From contig CBDDBZ010000034.1 in assembly GCA_965225945.1 (NCBI GenBank), positions 288,001 through 352,000 on the forward strand: a stretch of DNA of 64,000 nucleotides. Direction: 5' to 3'. A program made the translations under genes and the position numbers. The notes under the pieces were generated by a model that saw only the letters and a program-made list of their open reading frames with translations, had not been told where the DNA came from and did not search any database. Shown piece after piece: positions 10,097 through 20,607 of the stretch (its first letter is position 1; every line of letters begins with the position of its first letter). Source of the DNA: Alphaproteobacteria bacterium. GTDB taxonomy: Bacteria > Pseudomonadota > Alphaproteobacteria > GCA-2731375.

Positions 10097-10909
10097 ATGA
10101 AATTCCCGTCGGTTCGCTTGTTTGCATTGGTCTTAGCGCTCACGCTCGCACCGTTTGGAGGCGCCCGCGCCGCAACCCAATCGTTGGCGCTGCTCGAGAC
10201 CGATGAGGCGACACCATTGGTTTGCGCCAACGGGCTCTGCCGGGCTGAATTTTCGACTTACTGCCTGCAGCAGGAACGCGATTTGCCGCGAGCCGAAGCC
10301 CCCTACGAGGTTGCCGGCGGGGGCGAACTCTATCTCGTCCTGACGGGTGTCGACGGCAGGCTCCGGCGTCTGCCCGCCGCGCCGCATGTCCGCATCGCGA
10401 CCCCCCGCCATGGCCATGCGGCGGTAACGATCGAGCTGTCCGAAGCCGCACTCACGAAGCTGAACGCACGGCGCGCGGCGATCGAAATCGGCGCCGGCGT
10501 AACGCTCATGCCGATTGCCGCCGCCGGCGACGACACCCCGGGGCGCGAGCAGGACCAGCGGCTCGCCACCGGCCCGTTGCGTGCGCTCGGGATGCGGATC
10601 GTCGATCGCGGTCCCCGCGAGCTCGAATCGGTGCGCGTGCTGAACCGGCTGGCCAACGCCTTGCCGGGGACCAACGGGATCGGTCACGGCGCCCGCGAAG
10701 ACTTGTGGCGCCAGGCCCTCGAGCGCGGCTTTCAAACAGCCTCGCCTGATCGTATCGCAAGGGCGGCTCGCGATTACATGGCCTGCTGGCGCGACCGGGC
10801 CGTCGAGCGCGGCGGTGTTTCGGTGCGCTATTGCGTGGAGCGGCGCCATGACGAGGTCATGTGGAATCACGTCGATCGGTACTGGAAAGCGGTCAACGCC
10901 GGGAGTTGA
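10097..10909 (+). CDS. Hypothetical secreted Cys-containing protein
   Basis: Signal peptide MKFPSVRLFALVLALTLAPFGGARA, C-x4-C...C motif, RBS ggagg. Confidence 0.75.
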   Translation: MKFPSVRLFALVLALTLAPFGGARAATQSLALLETDEATPLVCANGLCRAEFSTYCLQQERDLPRAEAPYEVAGGGELYLVLTGVDGRLRRLPAAPHVRIATPRHGHAAVTIELSEAALTKLNARRAAIEIGAGVTLMPIAAAGDDTPGREQDQRLATGPLRALGMRIVDRGPRELESVRVLNRLANALPGTNGIGHGAREDLWRQALERGFQTASPDRIARAARDYMACWRDRAVERGGVSVRYCVERRHDEVMWNHVDRYWKAVNAGS

Positions 10910-11009
10910 CGCCGCCGCCGGCTGGCCGCGCCCGTCCCGCGAGGCTGGCCTGCGCCGGGTTCCCTCGACATGGCGCGCGCGGACGCAGACCACCGCCAGA
11001 TCACGCTCT

Positions 11010-11328
11010 CGCGGATTTATGGAACAGAAAGGCGGACAGCGGTCCGGTCTCCAGCACCGCCCGGGCCAGCATCGCTTACAGCTTCGCCGTGTGTTTGGCC
11101 AGCGTCTTGGCGATCACGTCCGGATCACTTGCGCACCGCCCGCGCCAGAGCAGCGCTCCGGTTCCGTCCATCAGGCAAATGTGGCTCTGCTTGTCGGAAA
11201 CGTCCAAGCCGGCATAGACTTTGCGCAGGGGTCATCCTCCTTCTTGAAGCGGCCCAACGGATATCGAACCTGGGCCGATTTCGTGGTTGGTGGGAGGGTG
11301 ACCTAACTCAATTACGCCATGTCCCCGG
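11010..11328 (-). pseudogene. IS110 transposase N-terminal remnant with left end (copy 2)
   Basis: KVYAGLDVSDKQSHICLMDGTGALLWRGRCASDPDVIAKTL...VLETGPLSAFLFH with an internal stop. Confidence 0.8.
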
Positions 11329-11363
11329 TTTTCCTGTCCCCAGTTTTCGCGAAGAGAGTATCG

Positions 11364-12065
11364 ATGAAATTTTCCGAAAAAGCCTGGGGGGAGATCACCC
11401 CAATCTACGCCGCGATCCTCGAGCATCCGTTCATCCGCGAGCTTGCCGCGGGCGTGCTGAGTAAGGAGCGCTTCCAATTCTATATGGTCCAGGACGCACT
11501 CTACCTCACCGAGTTCTCGCGCGTGCTCTCGTTGGTCGCGGCCGGCGCCCCGGACCCGGACACCATGATGCGGTTCGACGAGTCCGCGCGGAATGCGCTG
11601 ATCGTGGAACGCACCCTCCATGAGACGTTCTTCCGCGAGTTCGCAATCACCGCTGACGTGGTCGCTCGCGCCGAGATGGCATCTACTTGCTTTACCTACA
11701 CCAACTTCTTGCTTGCGACGGCGCACCGGAGCTCGATCGAGGTGACGGTCGCAGCTGTCCTTCCTTGCTTCTGGATCTACTGGGAGGTCGGGAAATTCGT
11801 CCGTGCCGAGGCTACGCCGTCAAATCCTTACCGGCTTTGGATCGACACATACGGAGACCCGCTTGCGGGCCGTCAAATCCTTACCGGCTTTGGATCGACA
11901 CATTTTGGTGAGGGCGTACGCGAGGTCATCGCAACCGCGGACGGAATGGCGGCATCGAGCGCACCGACGGTCCTCGACGACATGATGCACGTCTTCCGTC
12001 GTGCTTCCCAGCTCGAGTGGATGTTCTGGGACAGCGCCTATCGGCTCGAGACGTGGCCGGTATAA
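11364..12065 (+). CDS. tenA: Thiaminase II / TenA family protein with an internal in-frame insertion
   Basis: HPFIRELAAG, FYMVQDALYL, LPCFWIY, NPYRLWIDTY, LEWMFWDSAY. Confidence 0.9.
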   Translation: MKFSEKAWGEITPIYAAILEHPFIRELAAGVLSKERFQFYMVQDALYLTEFSRVLSLVAAGAPDPDTMMRFDESARNALIVERTLHETFFREFAITADVVARAEMASTCFTYTNFLLATAHRSSIEVTVAAVLPCFWIYWEVGKFVRAEATPSNPYRLWIDTYGDPLAGRQILTGFGSTHFGEGVREVIATADGMAASSAPTVLDDMMHVFRRASQLEWMFWDSAYRLETWPV

Positions 12066-12621
12066 TCTCCGCAATTGCCCCAATGCCGCACCGGCGTCAT
12101 CGAACGGTGTTTCGGGGGTTTCGGCGGACAGTCTACCATTTACGTGACGTCATGGGGCCGTGCCGACGTGAGACGCCATGGCCTGGTGTGGTGGGCTTCG
12201 AGTTCCACCATTTCGCCGTGCCTTTCTCCTCTCCCCCGACCCGAAACGCAATCCACGCCCCGAGCCTTTCCCCTGGTGAACCCGAGCCCGCCTCGAGCGA
12301 CGGTCCCCGGCCTCCGACGCCCCAAGCCGGGCACCCGCCACGCAGGCCGGGCGGCGATAGGGGGCAAGATGTGGTCGGTTCATCGCACCGTCCACACGAA
12401 GGCCTTGCCTTGACGAATTCCTCAGGGTGGGTTGGCGGCCGCCCGGCCGCTCGAAGCCGCCCCGAGCCGCCCCGGGCCACCTGAAACAGTTATCGCTTTC
12501 TCCAGGGGTCCGGGTCGGCTACAATCGCTCGAATCACCATGCTCACCTGGGAAAGATCGGTTAAACAGCGTTGCGCCGCCACGGTACGGCACAATTCGCT
12601 TTCAAACGAGGACGAACAGTT

Positions 12622-12726
12622 ATGGCTGATAAGGGAAAAAAAGACAAAGGCAAGAGGGAGCAACAGAAAAAAGCTCAGCTCAATCCAAAGGAAAAACGAA
12701 AAAAGAAAAGGGAAAAGAAGAAATAG
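12622..12726 (+). CDS. 34-aa lysine-rich small protein
   Basis: MADKGKKDKGKREQQKKAQLNPKEKRKKKREKKK*, gagg RBS upstream; too short for the supplied ORF track. Confidence 0.7.
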   Translation: MADKGKKDKGKREQQKKAQLNPKEKRKKKREKKK

Positions 12727-12937
12727 CTGCCCAGCAACTCTGTTCGCCCGCCAATTTTTCACTTCCTTTGAAAACGAACCCACCCGGCGGGAATACGGAA
12801 ACAGCGGCTATTTTCAAGTCCCCTCCGCGCCTCGTGTAGAGGCATCGCCTAGGCTGTCGTGAGCCACGAACCGCCCCCCGGAATGGCGAGCGTGGTTCAC
12901 CCGGCTTCGCGGCGGCACGGGAATTGCCCCCTGAGCC

Positions 12938-13090
12938 TCAGCGCTTCGACTCCCTCGGCAAATCGATCCCCCAGCGGACCACGGGGCCGGGGTCGACTCC
13001 GAGTAGATCCAGCACCCGGCCGATGGAATAGTCCACCAGCTCCTCGATGGCCTTCGGCCGGATATAGAAGGCCGACTGCGGCGGGTGCGG
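12938..13090 (-). pseudogene. UbiX flavin prenyltransferase C-terminal remnant
   Basis: PPQSAFYIRPKAIEELVDYSIGRVLDLLGVD. Confidence 0.7.
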
Positions 13091-13354
13091 GAAACAGCGT
13101 CGCCCGTTTGCCGTCGAGCCGCTTGGCGAGCGCCGCCAGCTCGAAATTTAGGTCCAGTCCCGCGCGCGCCAAGGCCAAGCGATCGCTCGCCGCCAGCCAG
13201 GCGCGGAGGCTTTTGCCGATCGCCGTCGTCATTTTCGCTCCGGTGCATTCATATTTCGAGCGCATTTGATATCCTCGCCCGGGCCTTCGCACGCGCTCGC
13301 CGGCGCGGCGAAAGCAAGGTAATCGTGGGGCGGTGGAAAGCGGGGAGCGCGCGG

Positions 13355-14083
13355 ATGCGACGACGGACGATGTTATGGGCGGGCCTCGCCCTTCTGCTGG
13401 CGCCCGGTGCCGGCGCGCAGAGCTGGCTGAAGAAGGGCGAGACGGCGCTCCGCAACCTCGGCGGGGGTGGCGGCGGCGGCCTCGGCCTCGACGAGATCAC
13501 CCGGGGGCTGAAGCAGGCGCTCCGCGTCGCCACCGGCCGGGTGGTCGGCAACCTCGCCAGGACCGACGGCTTCAACGCCGACCCGGCGATCCACATCGCC
13601 TTGCCGAAATCCATGCGCAAGGTGCGCAAGGTGTTGAAACCATTGGGCATGGCCGGCACGCTGGACGACCTGGAAGTGCGTCTCAACCGGGCGGCGGAGG
13701 TGGCGACGCCCAAGGCCAGGCGGATCTTCGGCGACGCCATCACCTCGATGACGCTGGACGACGCCAGGAAGATATATGACGGCCCGGACGACGCCGCGAC
13801 GCAATACTTCAAGGGCCGGATGTCGGCCCCGCTCGCCCGGGAGATGCGCCCGGTCGTCTCCGACAGCCTGTCGGACGTCGGCGCGATCCGGCGCTACGAC
13901 AAAATCATGAGCCAATATAAGAGCTTGCCCTTCGTGCCGAACGTCAAGGCCGACCTGGTCGAGCACGTCCTGAAGCGCGGCCTCGACGGCATCTTCCACT
14001 ACGTCGCGGTGGAGGAGGCGGCGATCCGGCGCGACCCCGCCAAACGCACCACCGCCTTGCTGCGAAAGCTCTTCGGAAGCTGA
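13355..14083 (+). CDS. DUF4197 domain protein, exported
   Basis: GLKQALRVA, LNRAAEVA, DDAATQYF, EEAAIRRDPAKRTT; RR signal. Confidence 0.9.
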   Translation: MRRRTMLWAGLALLLAPGAGAQSWLKKGETALRNLGGGGGGGLGLDEITRGLKQALRVATGRVVGNLARTDGFNADPAIHIALPKSMRKVRKVLKPLGMAGTLDDLEVRLNRAAEVATPKARRIFGDAITSMTLDDARKIYDGPDDAATQYFKGRMSAPLAREMRPVVSDSLSDVGAIRRYDKIMSQYKSLPFVPNVKADLVEHVLKRGLDGIFHYVAVEEAAIRRDPAKRTTALLRKLFGS

Positions 14084-14104
14084 GCGCCGGGGACCCTTCG
14101 CGGC

Positions 14105-15943
14105 TCAATCGAGCTCATATTTGTCTCTATAGTCCTCCGCCAGCGCCGGGTCCTGGTCTTGCTTCCGAAGCAGGTGGTTGCCGACCACCAGCAGCTCGAT
14201 CTCGGTGCCCATGAAGCAGCGGAAGGCGTCCTCCGGCGTGCAGACGATGGGCTCGCCCCGCACGTTGAAAGAAGTGTTGACCAGCACCGGACAGCCGGTC
14301 CGCGCCTGGAAGGCCTCCAGCAGCGCGTGGTAGCGCGGGTTGGTCTCCGGGTGCACGGTCTGGACGCGGGCCGAATAGTCGACATGGGTCACCGCTGGGA
14401 TGGAGGAGCGCGGCACGTTCAGCTTGTCGATGCCGAAGAGCGCCCGCTCGTCCTCAGTCATCTCGCGGCGGATCTCTTGCCTGACGTCGGCCACCAGCAG
14501 CATGTAGGGGCTGTGATAATCGAGCTCGAACCATTCGGCGACCCGCTCGCGCGTCACCGAGGGCGCGAAGGGGCGGAAGCTCTCGCGGAACTTGACCTTG
14601 AGATTGAGCGTCTTCTGCATCGTGGGCGAGCGCGGATCGCCCAGGATCGAGCGGGCGCCGAGCGCGCGCGGTCCGAACTCCATCCGGCCCTGGAACCAGC
14701 CGACCGCCTGCTCCTCGGCCAGCGCGTCGGCCGTGGCCGCGATCATGCCCGCTTCGTCCAGGGTCTCGAAGCGGGCGCCCACGGCCGCCAGGCGCCGGGC
14801 GATCTCCGCCTCGTCGTAGCTCGGGCCGAGGTAGGCGCCCCGCATCGCATCGCCGGTGCCGTTCAACTTGCGCGGCTTTTCCAGCTCGATATGCCAGGCG
14901 CCCAGCGCCGCGCCCACGGCGCCGCCCGCATCGCCCGCCGCCGGCTGCACCCACAATTCGGAGAAGGCGCCGTCGCGCAGGATCTTGCCGTTGGCCACGC
15001 AGTTGAGCGCCACGCCGCCCGCCATGCAGAGGTTCGGGATCTGGAACTCTTCCGCCAGCGCCCGGGTCAGGTGCAGCACCACCTCCTCCACCACCGCCTG
15101 GATCGAGGCCGCCATGTCCATGTGGAATTAGGTCAGGAGATCGCCCTCGGCCCGGCGCACCGGTTGCCCGAACAGGCCGGCGAACTTGTCGTTGGTCATC
15201 GCCAAGCCGGTGCAGTAGTCGAAATAGGACTGCTCCAGATGAAACGAGCCGTCAGCGCGCAAGTCGACGATATTGTCCAGGATCGCGTTCCTGTAGGTCG
15301 GCTCGCCGTAAGGCGCGAGCCCCATCACCTTGTATTCGCCCGAATTGACCTTGAAGCCGGTGTAATAGGTGAAGGCGGAGTACAAGAGGCCGAGGGAGTG
15401 GGGGAAGTGCAACTCCCTGAGGATCTCGAGCTCCCTGCCGCGCCCCACCGCGACCGTCGTCGTCGCCCACTCGCCGACGCCATCGAGCGTCAGCACCACC
15501 GCCTCCTCGAAGGGCGAGGGATAGAAGGCGCTGGCCGCATGGCTCAGGTGATGTTCCGAGAACAGCAGCTTGTCGCGGTCCCGGAAGCCGCCCGCGTGGC
15601 GGTCCAGCTCCTTCTCCAACAGGCTGCGCTGAAACAGCTTCTCCTTGACCCAGAGCGGCAGCGCCATGCGGAAGGACCGAAACCCCCTGGGGGCGAAGGC
15701 GACATAGGTCTCGAGCAGGCGCTCGAACTTGAGGAACGGCTTGTCGTAGAACACCACATGGTCGACCTCGTCGATTCCACAGCCGGCCTCGCCCAGGCAA
15801 TAGTCGATCGCGCCCCGGGGATAGCCGGCGTCGTGCTTTTTGCGGCTGAAGCGCTCTTCTTGGGCCGCGGCGAGGATGACGCCGTCCTCGATCAGCGCCG
15901 CCGCGCTGTCGTGATAGAAGGCCGAGATGCCGAGAATGCGCAC
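14105..15943 (-). pseudogene. Carbamoyltransferase (NodU/CmcH/SxtI family), in-frame TAA at 15128-15130
   Basis: ILGISAFYHDSAA, EHHLSHAASAF, GEYKVMGLAPYG, MEFGPRALGARS, NTSFNVRGEP; both ORFs share one frame. Confidence 0.9.
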
Positions 15944-15953
15944 GGCACTCCGC

Positions 15954-16360
15954 CTAGAATTGGTTCTTGAAGGAGCCGGGCCCCTGGCCCTCGCCGTCGC
16001 GGGGCACCCAGTAGCTCTCGCCCGGGCCCTTGCGCGCCAGGCGCAGCGGATCCTTGCCGAGCGCGCGCATCGCCCACGCGGTCGGCGTCAGGGTCGAGAA
16101 GAACAGGATTCCGAGCACGAGCGGGCTCACGATCCGGTGCAGCAGGCGGCCGAACGCGAACCAGACCCGGTTGAGCGGCCCGAGCGCCTTGGGCGCCAGG
16201 AAGCCGAGGCCGAGGAATGCCAGCGCGATCGCCAGCGCGGGCTCGCGCCCTCGAGCAGCGGCCAGCCGCCCACAATCGCGAAGACCACGGCGAAGACGAT
16301 GGCGAAGCTTCGCTCCGAGCCCATCCGGACCTCGTCGCGAGAGGTGTTTCCGTCGTGCAT
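15954..16360 (-). pseudogene. SxtJ-family membrane protein, frameshifted near 16245
   Basis: SERSFAIVF...PLNRVWFAFGRLLHRIVSP...GKDPLRL...SYW...FKNQF. Confidence 0.8.
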
Positions 16361-16673
16361 TCGAGCCTGTCTCGCCGCCGCCCCGACGGTCCCCGAGCTT
16401 CGCCCGCATTAGCCGTATCGGCTCGCCACCTGTCAAGCCGCCGACTCGATCGCCCGGCCGAACCGCCACACACCCCCTCGTTCCTTCGGTTATCCCTCGG
16501 CGGAACCGTCCCCGAAATACTGTTTCTTCGCCTCTGGCGGGCTCGGGTTCACCAGGGGTGTGGAACGGCGTGCAAAGTTGACCCCTGTTGAGGGGTGATC
16601 GGCGTCCAAATTTGACCCCCTGAGCCTGGCTAGTCCAAGTCACCTCGTTTTTGGGCGGACGAGGTGGTGGGGG

Positions 16674-17476
16674 ATGTTGGTCGTGGAGACGATAGCGCGG
16701 ATCCGGCGGGAGTATTTCGTCAAGGGGAAGCCGATCAAGGAGATCGTGCGGGACGTGAAGGTCTCGGGCAACACGGTGCGCAAGGTGATCTGTTCGCAGG
16801 CGACGGCGTTCACCTACGACCGGCGGGTCCAGCCGATGCCGAAGCTGGGGCCGTGGACGGCCGAGCTGGAGCGGATGCTGGAGGCCAACGAGACCAAGTC
16901 GAAGCGGGAGCGGCTGACGCTGCTACGGATCTCCGAAGCCCTCGAGGGTCTGGGCTATGGCGGCGGCTACGACGCGGTGCGGCGCTACGCCAAGGCGTGG
17001 CGGTGGCGCCGTTCGGCATCGACGGCGCAGACCTATGTGCCGTTGGTGTTCTCGCCGGGCGAGGCCTATCAGTTCGACTGGAGCCACGAGTACGTGGTGC
17101 TGGCGGGGGTGACGACCAAGGTCAAGGTCGCGCACGTCCGGCTGTGCCACAGCCGAATGTTCTTCGTCCGCGCTTATCCGCGCGAGAGCCAGGAGATGGT
17201 GTTCGACGCCCACGACCGGGCATTCCGGCTGTTCCAGGGTGCCTGCCGGCGAGGCATCTACGACAACATGAAGACGGCGGTGCAGACCGTCCTCATCGGC
17301 AAGGAGCGCGCGTTCAACCGGCGCTTCGTGCAGATGTGTGGCCGGCGTCATCCCCACCCGGTGTTCAAGGACAGGACTGTCTGGCAGGTGTTCGAGGACG
17401 AGCGTCCGTCCCTGGTCGGCTATCGCGGGCCGTTCGACGGCTTCCACGCGGTCCCGGCGTCGGTGTCGAAGACCTG
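16674..17476 (+). pseudogene. istA: istA (element A) 5' part with an internal deletion
   Basis: PGEAYQFDWS, GIYDNMKTAV; the EKGQVE segment is missing after FVQMC. Confidence 0.85.
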
Positions 17477-17701
17477 TGTCGGTGGCGATGAAAAACCGCG
17501 CTTAGATGGTGATTTCAGCGACATCGGGCATCGTGGCGCTGTAGCTGCGTGGTTTGCAGGCGGGAGTTGGCTCGGCGCAGCGGTGGGTAAGTAGCCCGCC
17601 GCAGCGACCGCCAAGAGTCTGGCGGCGGCGGGCTGCTTATCCACCGCGGGCGGGCGTCTCGATTCCTGTTTTGGCTGGCTGGCGGCGGCGGTTCCGCGGA
17701 C

Positions 17702-17729
17702 CTGACAAGGGGAGCCGCGGGAGTACACT
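17702..17729 (+). promoter_or_regulatory. Candidate sigma70 promoter of element B
   Basis: ctgaca-16 bp-tacact directly before a structured leader. Confidence 0.45.
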
Positions 17730-17877
17730 CGGGCCGCTGAGAACGATGCGGCGCCGGCCCCGTTTGCTTGCTGGCAACGACCGGCACCGCACCCCCCGAG
17801 CCATGCAAGGCACGACCCATATGCGCAGTATCGTGCGGGTTTGGGCGTGGGTCCACCCCGTTCTCATCGGCTGCGCG

Positions 17878-18318
17878 ATGAAGAACACCGCCCGCCTGTT
17901 CAACTGCGCCTCGTGCCATCAACAGGTGGTTCTCTGCCGGCACTGCGACCACGGCAACATCTACTGTTCACGGAGCTGCAGCGATCGGGTGCGCCGGCGA
18001 TCGCAGCGCCATGCCGGGCAGCGCTACCAGAACAGCCGGCGGGGCCGTCACAAGCATGCTGAGCGCCAGCGGCGCTATCGCGAACGCCGGCGGCGCCGGA
18101 CGCCGGTGAATCGGCGCCGCGGGCAGGAAGTGACGCATCACCCTTTGACCGCCGCGCGGCGGCGTCCTGTTGTGGCGCGGACGCCGGCAGGGCGTCCCGG
18201 AACACGGCCCTTCGGGCACGAGCGGCCCGCCAGGGTCTTCCGCTGCGATCGCTGCGGCCGGTTCTGCGGGCAGGCGGTCTATCCGGGGCTGCGCCCGACG
18301 GGAAAGGGGGTGAGATGA
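17878..18318 (+). CDS. Zn-finger, Arg-rich accessory protein of IS21-B
   Basis: CASC-x6[15 protein letters not shown], Arg-rich middle, CDRCGRFC; stop overlaps the istA start (ATGA). Confidence 0.75.
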   Translation: MKNTARLFNCASCHQQVVLCRHCDHGNIYCSRSCSDRVRRRSQRHAGQRYQNSRRGRHKHAERQRRYRERRRRRTPVNRRRGQEVTHHPLTAARRRPVVARTPAGRPGTRPFGHERPARVFRCDRCGRFCGQAVYPGLRPTGKGVR

Positions 18319-19820
18319 CCATCGACAAGGAGACCCGCGCGGAGATCCTGCGCCTGTATCACGTCGAGAAGTGGACGGTCGGCACGATCACACGCCAGCT
18401 CGGCGTGCATCGCTACACCGTCGAGCGCCTCCTCACCGCGGCCGGCGAGCCCCGGGACGCGAGGTCGCCCAGGCCGTCGATGATCGATCCATACGTGCCG
18501 TTCATCGCCGAGACGCTGGCATCCTGGCCGACGCTGCCCGCCAGCCGGCTCTACCAGATGGTGCGCGAACGCGGCTATCCGGGCGGCGGCGACCACTTCC
18601 GTCATCTGCTCAGCCACTTCAGGCCCAGGCCCGTGGCCGAGGCCTATCTGCGCCTCAAGACCCTTCCCGGCGAGCAGGCCCAGGTCGACTGGGGACACTT
18701 CGGCAAGGTGACGATCGGCCGCGCGGAGCGCCGCCTGATGGGCTTCGTGATGGTTCTCAGCTACTCGCGGCGGATCTTCCTGCGCTTCTACCTCGACGCC
18801 GGGATGAGCAACTTCCTGCGCGGCCATGTCGAAGCCTTCGAGGCGTGGCAGGGCGTGCCCCGCGAGCTCTGGTACGACAACCTGAAGAGCGTCGTGCTGG
18901 AGCGCCGCGGCGCCGCCATCCGGTTCAATCCCCGGATCCTCGACCTCGCCGGCCACTACCACTTCCTGCCCAAGCCCGTCGCGGTCGCGCGCGGCAACGA
19001 GAAGGGGCGCGTGGAGCGGGCGATTCGCTATGTCCGGACCAGCTTCTTCGCCGCCCGCCGGTGGCGCGATATCGACGATCTCAACGCCCAGGCCCTGGCC
19101 TGGTGCCACGGCATCGCCGCCGACCGCCCCTGGCCCGAAGACCGCTCGATCACCGTGCGCGAGGCCTTCGAGCGGGAACGCGGCTCTCTCATCGCGCTGC
19201 CCGGCGATCCCTTCCCCGACCACGACCGGGTCGAGGTCGCCATCGGCAAGACCCCCTACGCCCGCTTCGATCTCAACGATTACAGCGTGCCGCACACCCA
19301 TGTGCGGCGCACCCTCGTCGTGGTCGCGACGCTCGACGAGGTGCGCATCCTCGACGGTGTGGACGTCATCGCCAGCCATCCGCGCAGCTTCGACAAGGCG
19401 GCCCGCATCGAGAACCCCGAGCACATCGCCGAGCTGGTCAGGCGCAAGAGCCATGCCCGCCGCCTTCGCGGCCAGGACCGGCTGGTCCAGGCCGCGCCCA
19501 ACAGCGAGCGCCTGCTCGCCGAGGCCGCCCAGCGCGGCGGCTATATAGGCGCCACCGTCGCCGCCCTGTTGCGCCTCCTCGACGCCTACGGCGCCGCCGA
19601 GCTCGAGGCGGCCATCGACGAGGCCCTGAAGCGGGACGTTCCCCATCCCAACGCCGTGCGCCTGAGCCTGACCCGGCGGCGCGAGCTGCGGCACCAACCC
19701 CCGCCCATCCCCGTCGAACTGCCCGGCGATCCGAGAGTGCGCGACATCACTGTCCGCGATCACGACCTCGTCGGATACGACGGGCTGGCCGGCGAACCCG
19801 AGGAGGACAGCGAGCAATGA
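18315..19820 (+). CDS. istA: IS21 transposase IstA (element B)
   Basis: [40 protein letters not shown]. Confidence 0.95.
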   Translation: MTIDKETRAEILRLYHVEKWTVGTITRQLGVHRYTVERLLTAAGEPRDARSPRPSMIDPYVPFIAETLASWPTLPASRLYQMVRERGYPGGGDHFRHLLSHFRPRPVAEAYLRLKTLPGEQAQVDWGHFGKVTIGRAERRLMGFVMVLSYSRRIFLRFYLDAGMSNFLRGHVEAFEAWQGVPRELWYDNLKSVVLERRGAAIRFNPRILDLAGHYHFLPKPVAVARGNEKGRVERAIRYVRTSFFAARRWRDIDDLNAQALAWCHGIAADRPWPEDRSITVREAFERERGSLIALPGDPFPDHDRVEVAIGKTPYARFDLNDYSVPHTHVRRTLVVVATLDEVRILDGVDVIASHPRSFDKAARIENPEHIAELVRRKSHARRLRGQDRLVQAAPNSERLLAEAAQRGGYIGATVAALLRLLDAYGAAELEAAIDEALKRDVPHPNAVRLSLTRRRELRHQPPPIPVELPGDPRVRDITVRDHDLVGYDGLAGEPEEDSEQ

Positions 19821-20605
19821 ACGATACCCTCATGGGCCGTGCCCGGGCGCTCGGCCTGCACGGCCTCGCCGCCCACTGGGGCGAGGTCGCCGGGCATGAC
19901 TGGCCCGCTGCGCTGGTCGCCTGGGAAGAGGAGGAACGGCGAAGCCGCAGCCTCAAGCGCCGCCTCGGCGACGCCCGCCTCGGACAGTTCAAGCCGCTCG
20001 CCGACTTCGACTGGGCATGGCCGCGCCGCTGCGACCGCATGGCCGTCGAGGATCTCATGAGCCTCGAGTTCCTCAACGAGGCCGCCAACGTCGTCCTGGT
20101 CGGCCCAAACGGCGTCGGCAAGTCGACCATCGCCGCCAATATCGCCCACCGCGCCGTCCTCGAGGGCCACACCGTGCGCTTCGCCACCGCGGCCAGCATG
20201 CTCGGCGAGCTCGCCGCCCTCGACAGCGACACCCTGCTTCAGCGCAGGCTGCGCTTCTACGCCCGCCAGCACCTGCTGGTGATCGACGAGGTCGGATACC
20301 TGTCCTACAGCAACCGCCATGCCGATCTGCTGTTCAACATCGTCTCCAGCCGCAGCCAGCAGAACTCCACCATAATCACCACCAACCGGCCCTTCGCCGA
20401 GTGGGGTGAGGCCTTCCCCAACGCCGCCTGCCTCGTCGCCCTGGTCGACCGCCTCGTCCACAACGCCGAGATCATCGCCATCGACGCCGAGTCCTGGCGC
20501 CGCAAGGAGGCCGAGGAACGCCAGAAGCAGCGCAGCGCCGAGCGCCGCCGGCGGCGAGCCGGCAAGGCCGGCGCGCAGGACCGCGGGGAACCGCCGCCGG
20601 CGTAG
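19817..20605 (+). CDS. istB: IS21 helper ATPase IstB (element B)
   Basis: [31 protein letters not shown]. Confidence 0.95.
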   Translation: MNDTLMGRARALGLHGLAAHWGEVAGHDWPAALVAWEEEERRSRSLKRRLGDARLGQFKPLADFDWAWPRRCDRMAVEDLMSLEFLNEAANVVLVGPNGVGKSTIAANIAHRAVLEGHTVRFATAASMLGELAALDSDTLLQRRLRFYARQHLLVIDEVGYLSYSNRHADLLFNIVSSRSQQNSTIITTNRPFAEWGEAFPNAACLVALVDRLVHNAEIIAIDAESWRRKEAEERQKQRSAERRRRRAGKAGAQDRGEPPPA

Positions 20606-20607
20606 CC

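Noticed and set aside
11230-11363. TPP riboswitch upstream of tenA
   Set aside because: The region is IS110 leader and REP-like sequence; no TPP consensus seen.
11816-11903. 35-bp direct repeat pair as a mini CRISPR array or DGR TR/VR
   Set aside because: Only two copies, 18-bp spacer, inside tenA, no cas genes; the copies are identical with no adenine-specific variation, and the only RT is a group II intron protein.
12066-12540. ORFs downstream of tenA
   Set aside because: Short Pro/Arg-rich frames without recognisable family features.
15128-15130. Programmed stop read-through (Sec/Pyl) in the carbamoyltransferase
   Set aside because: The codon is TAA, at a non-catalytic position, and the adjacent gene is also broken.
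14105-16360. Saxitoxin biosynthesis
   Set aside because: Only generic SxtI/SxtJ-like genes, both broken; no sxtA, sxtG or other core genes.
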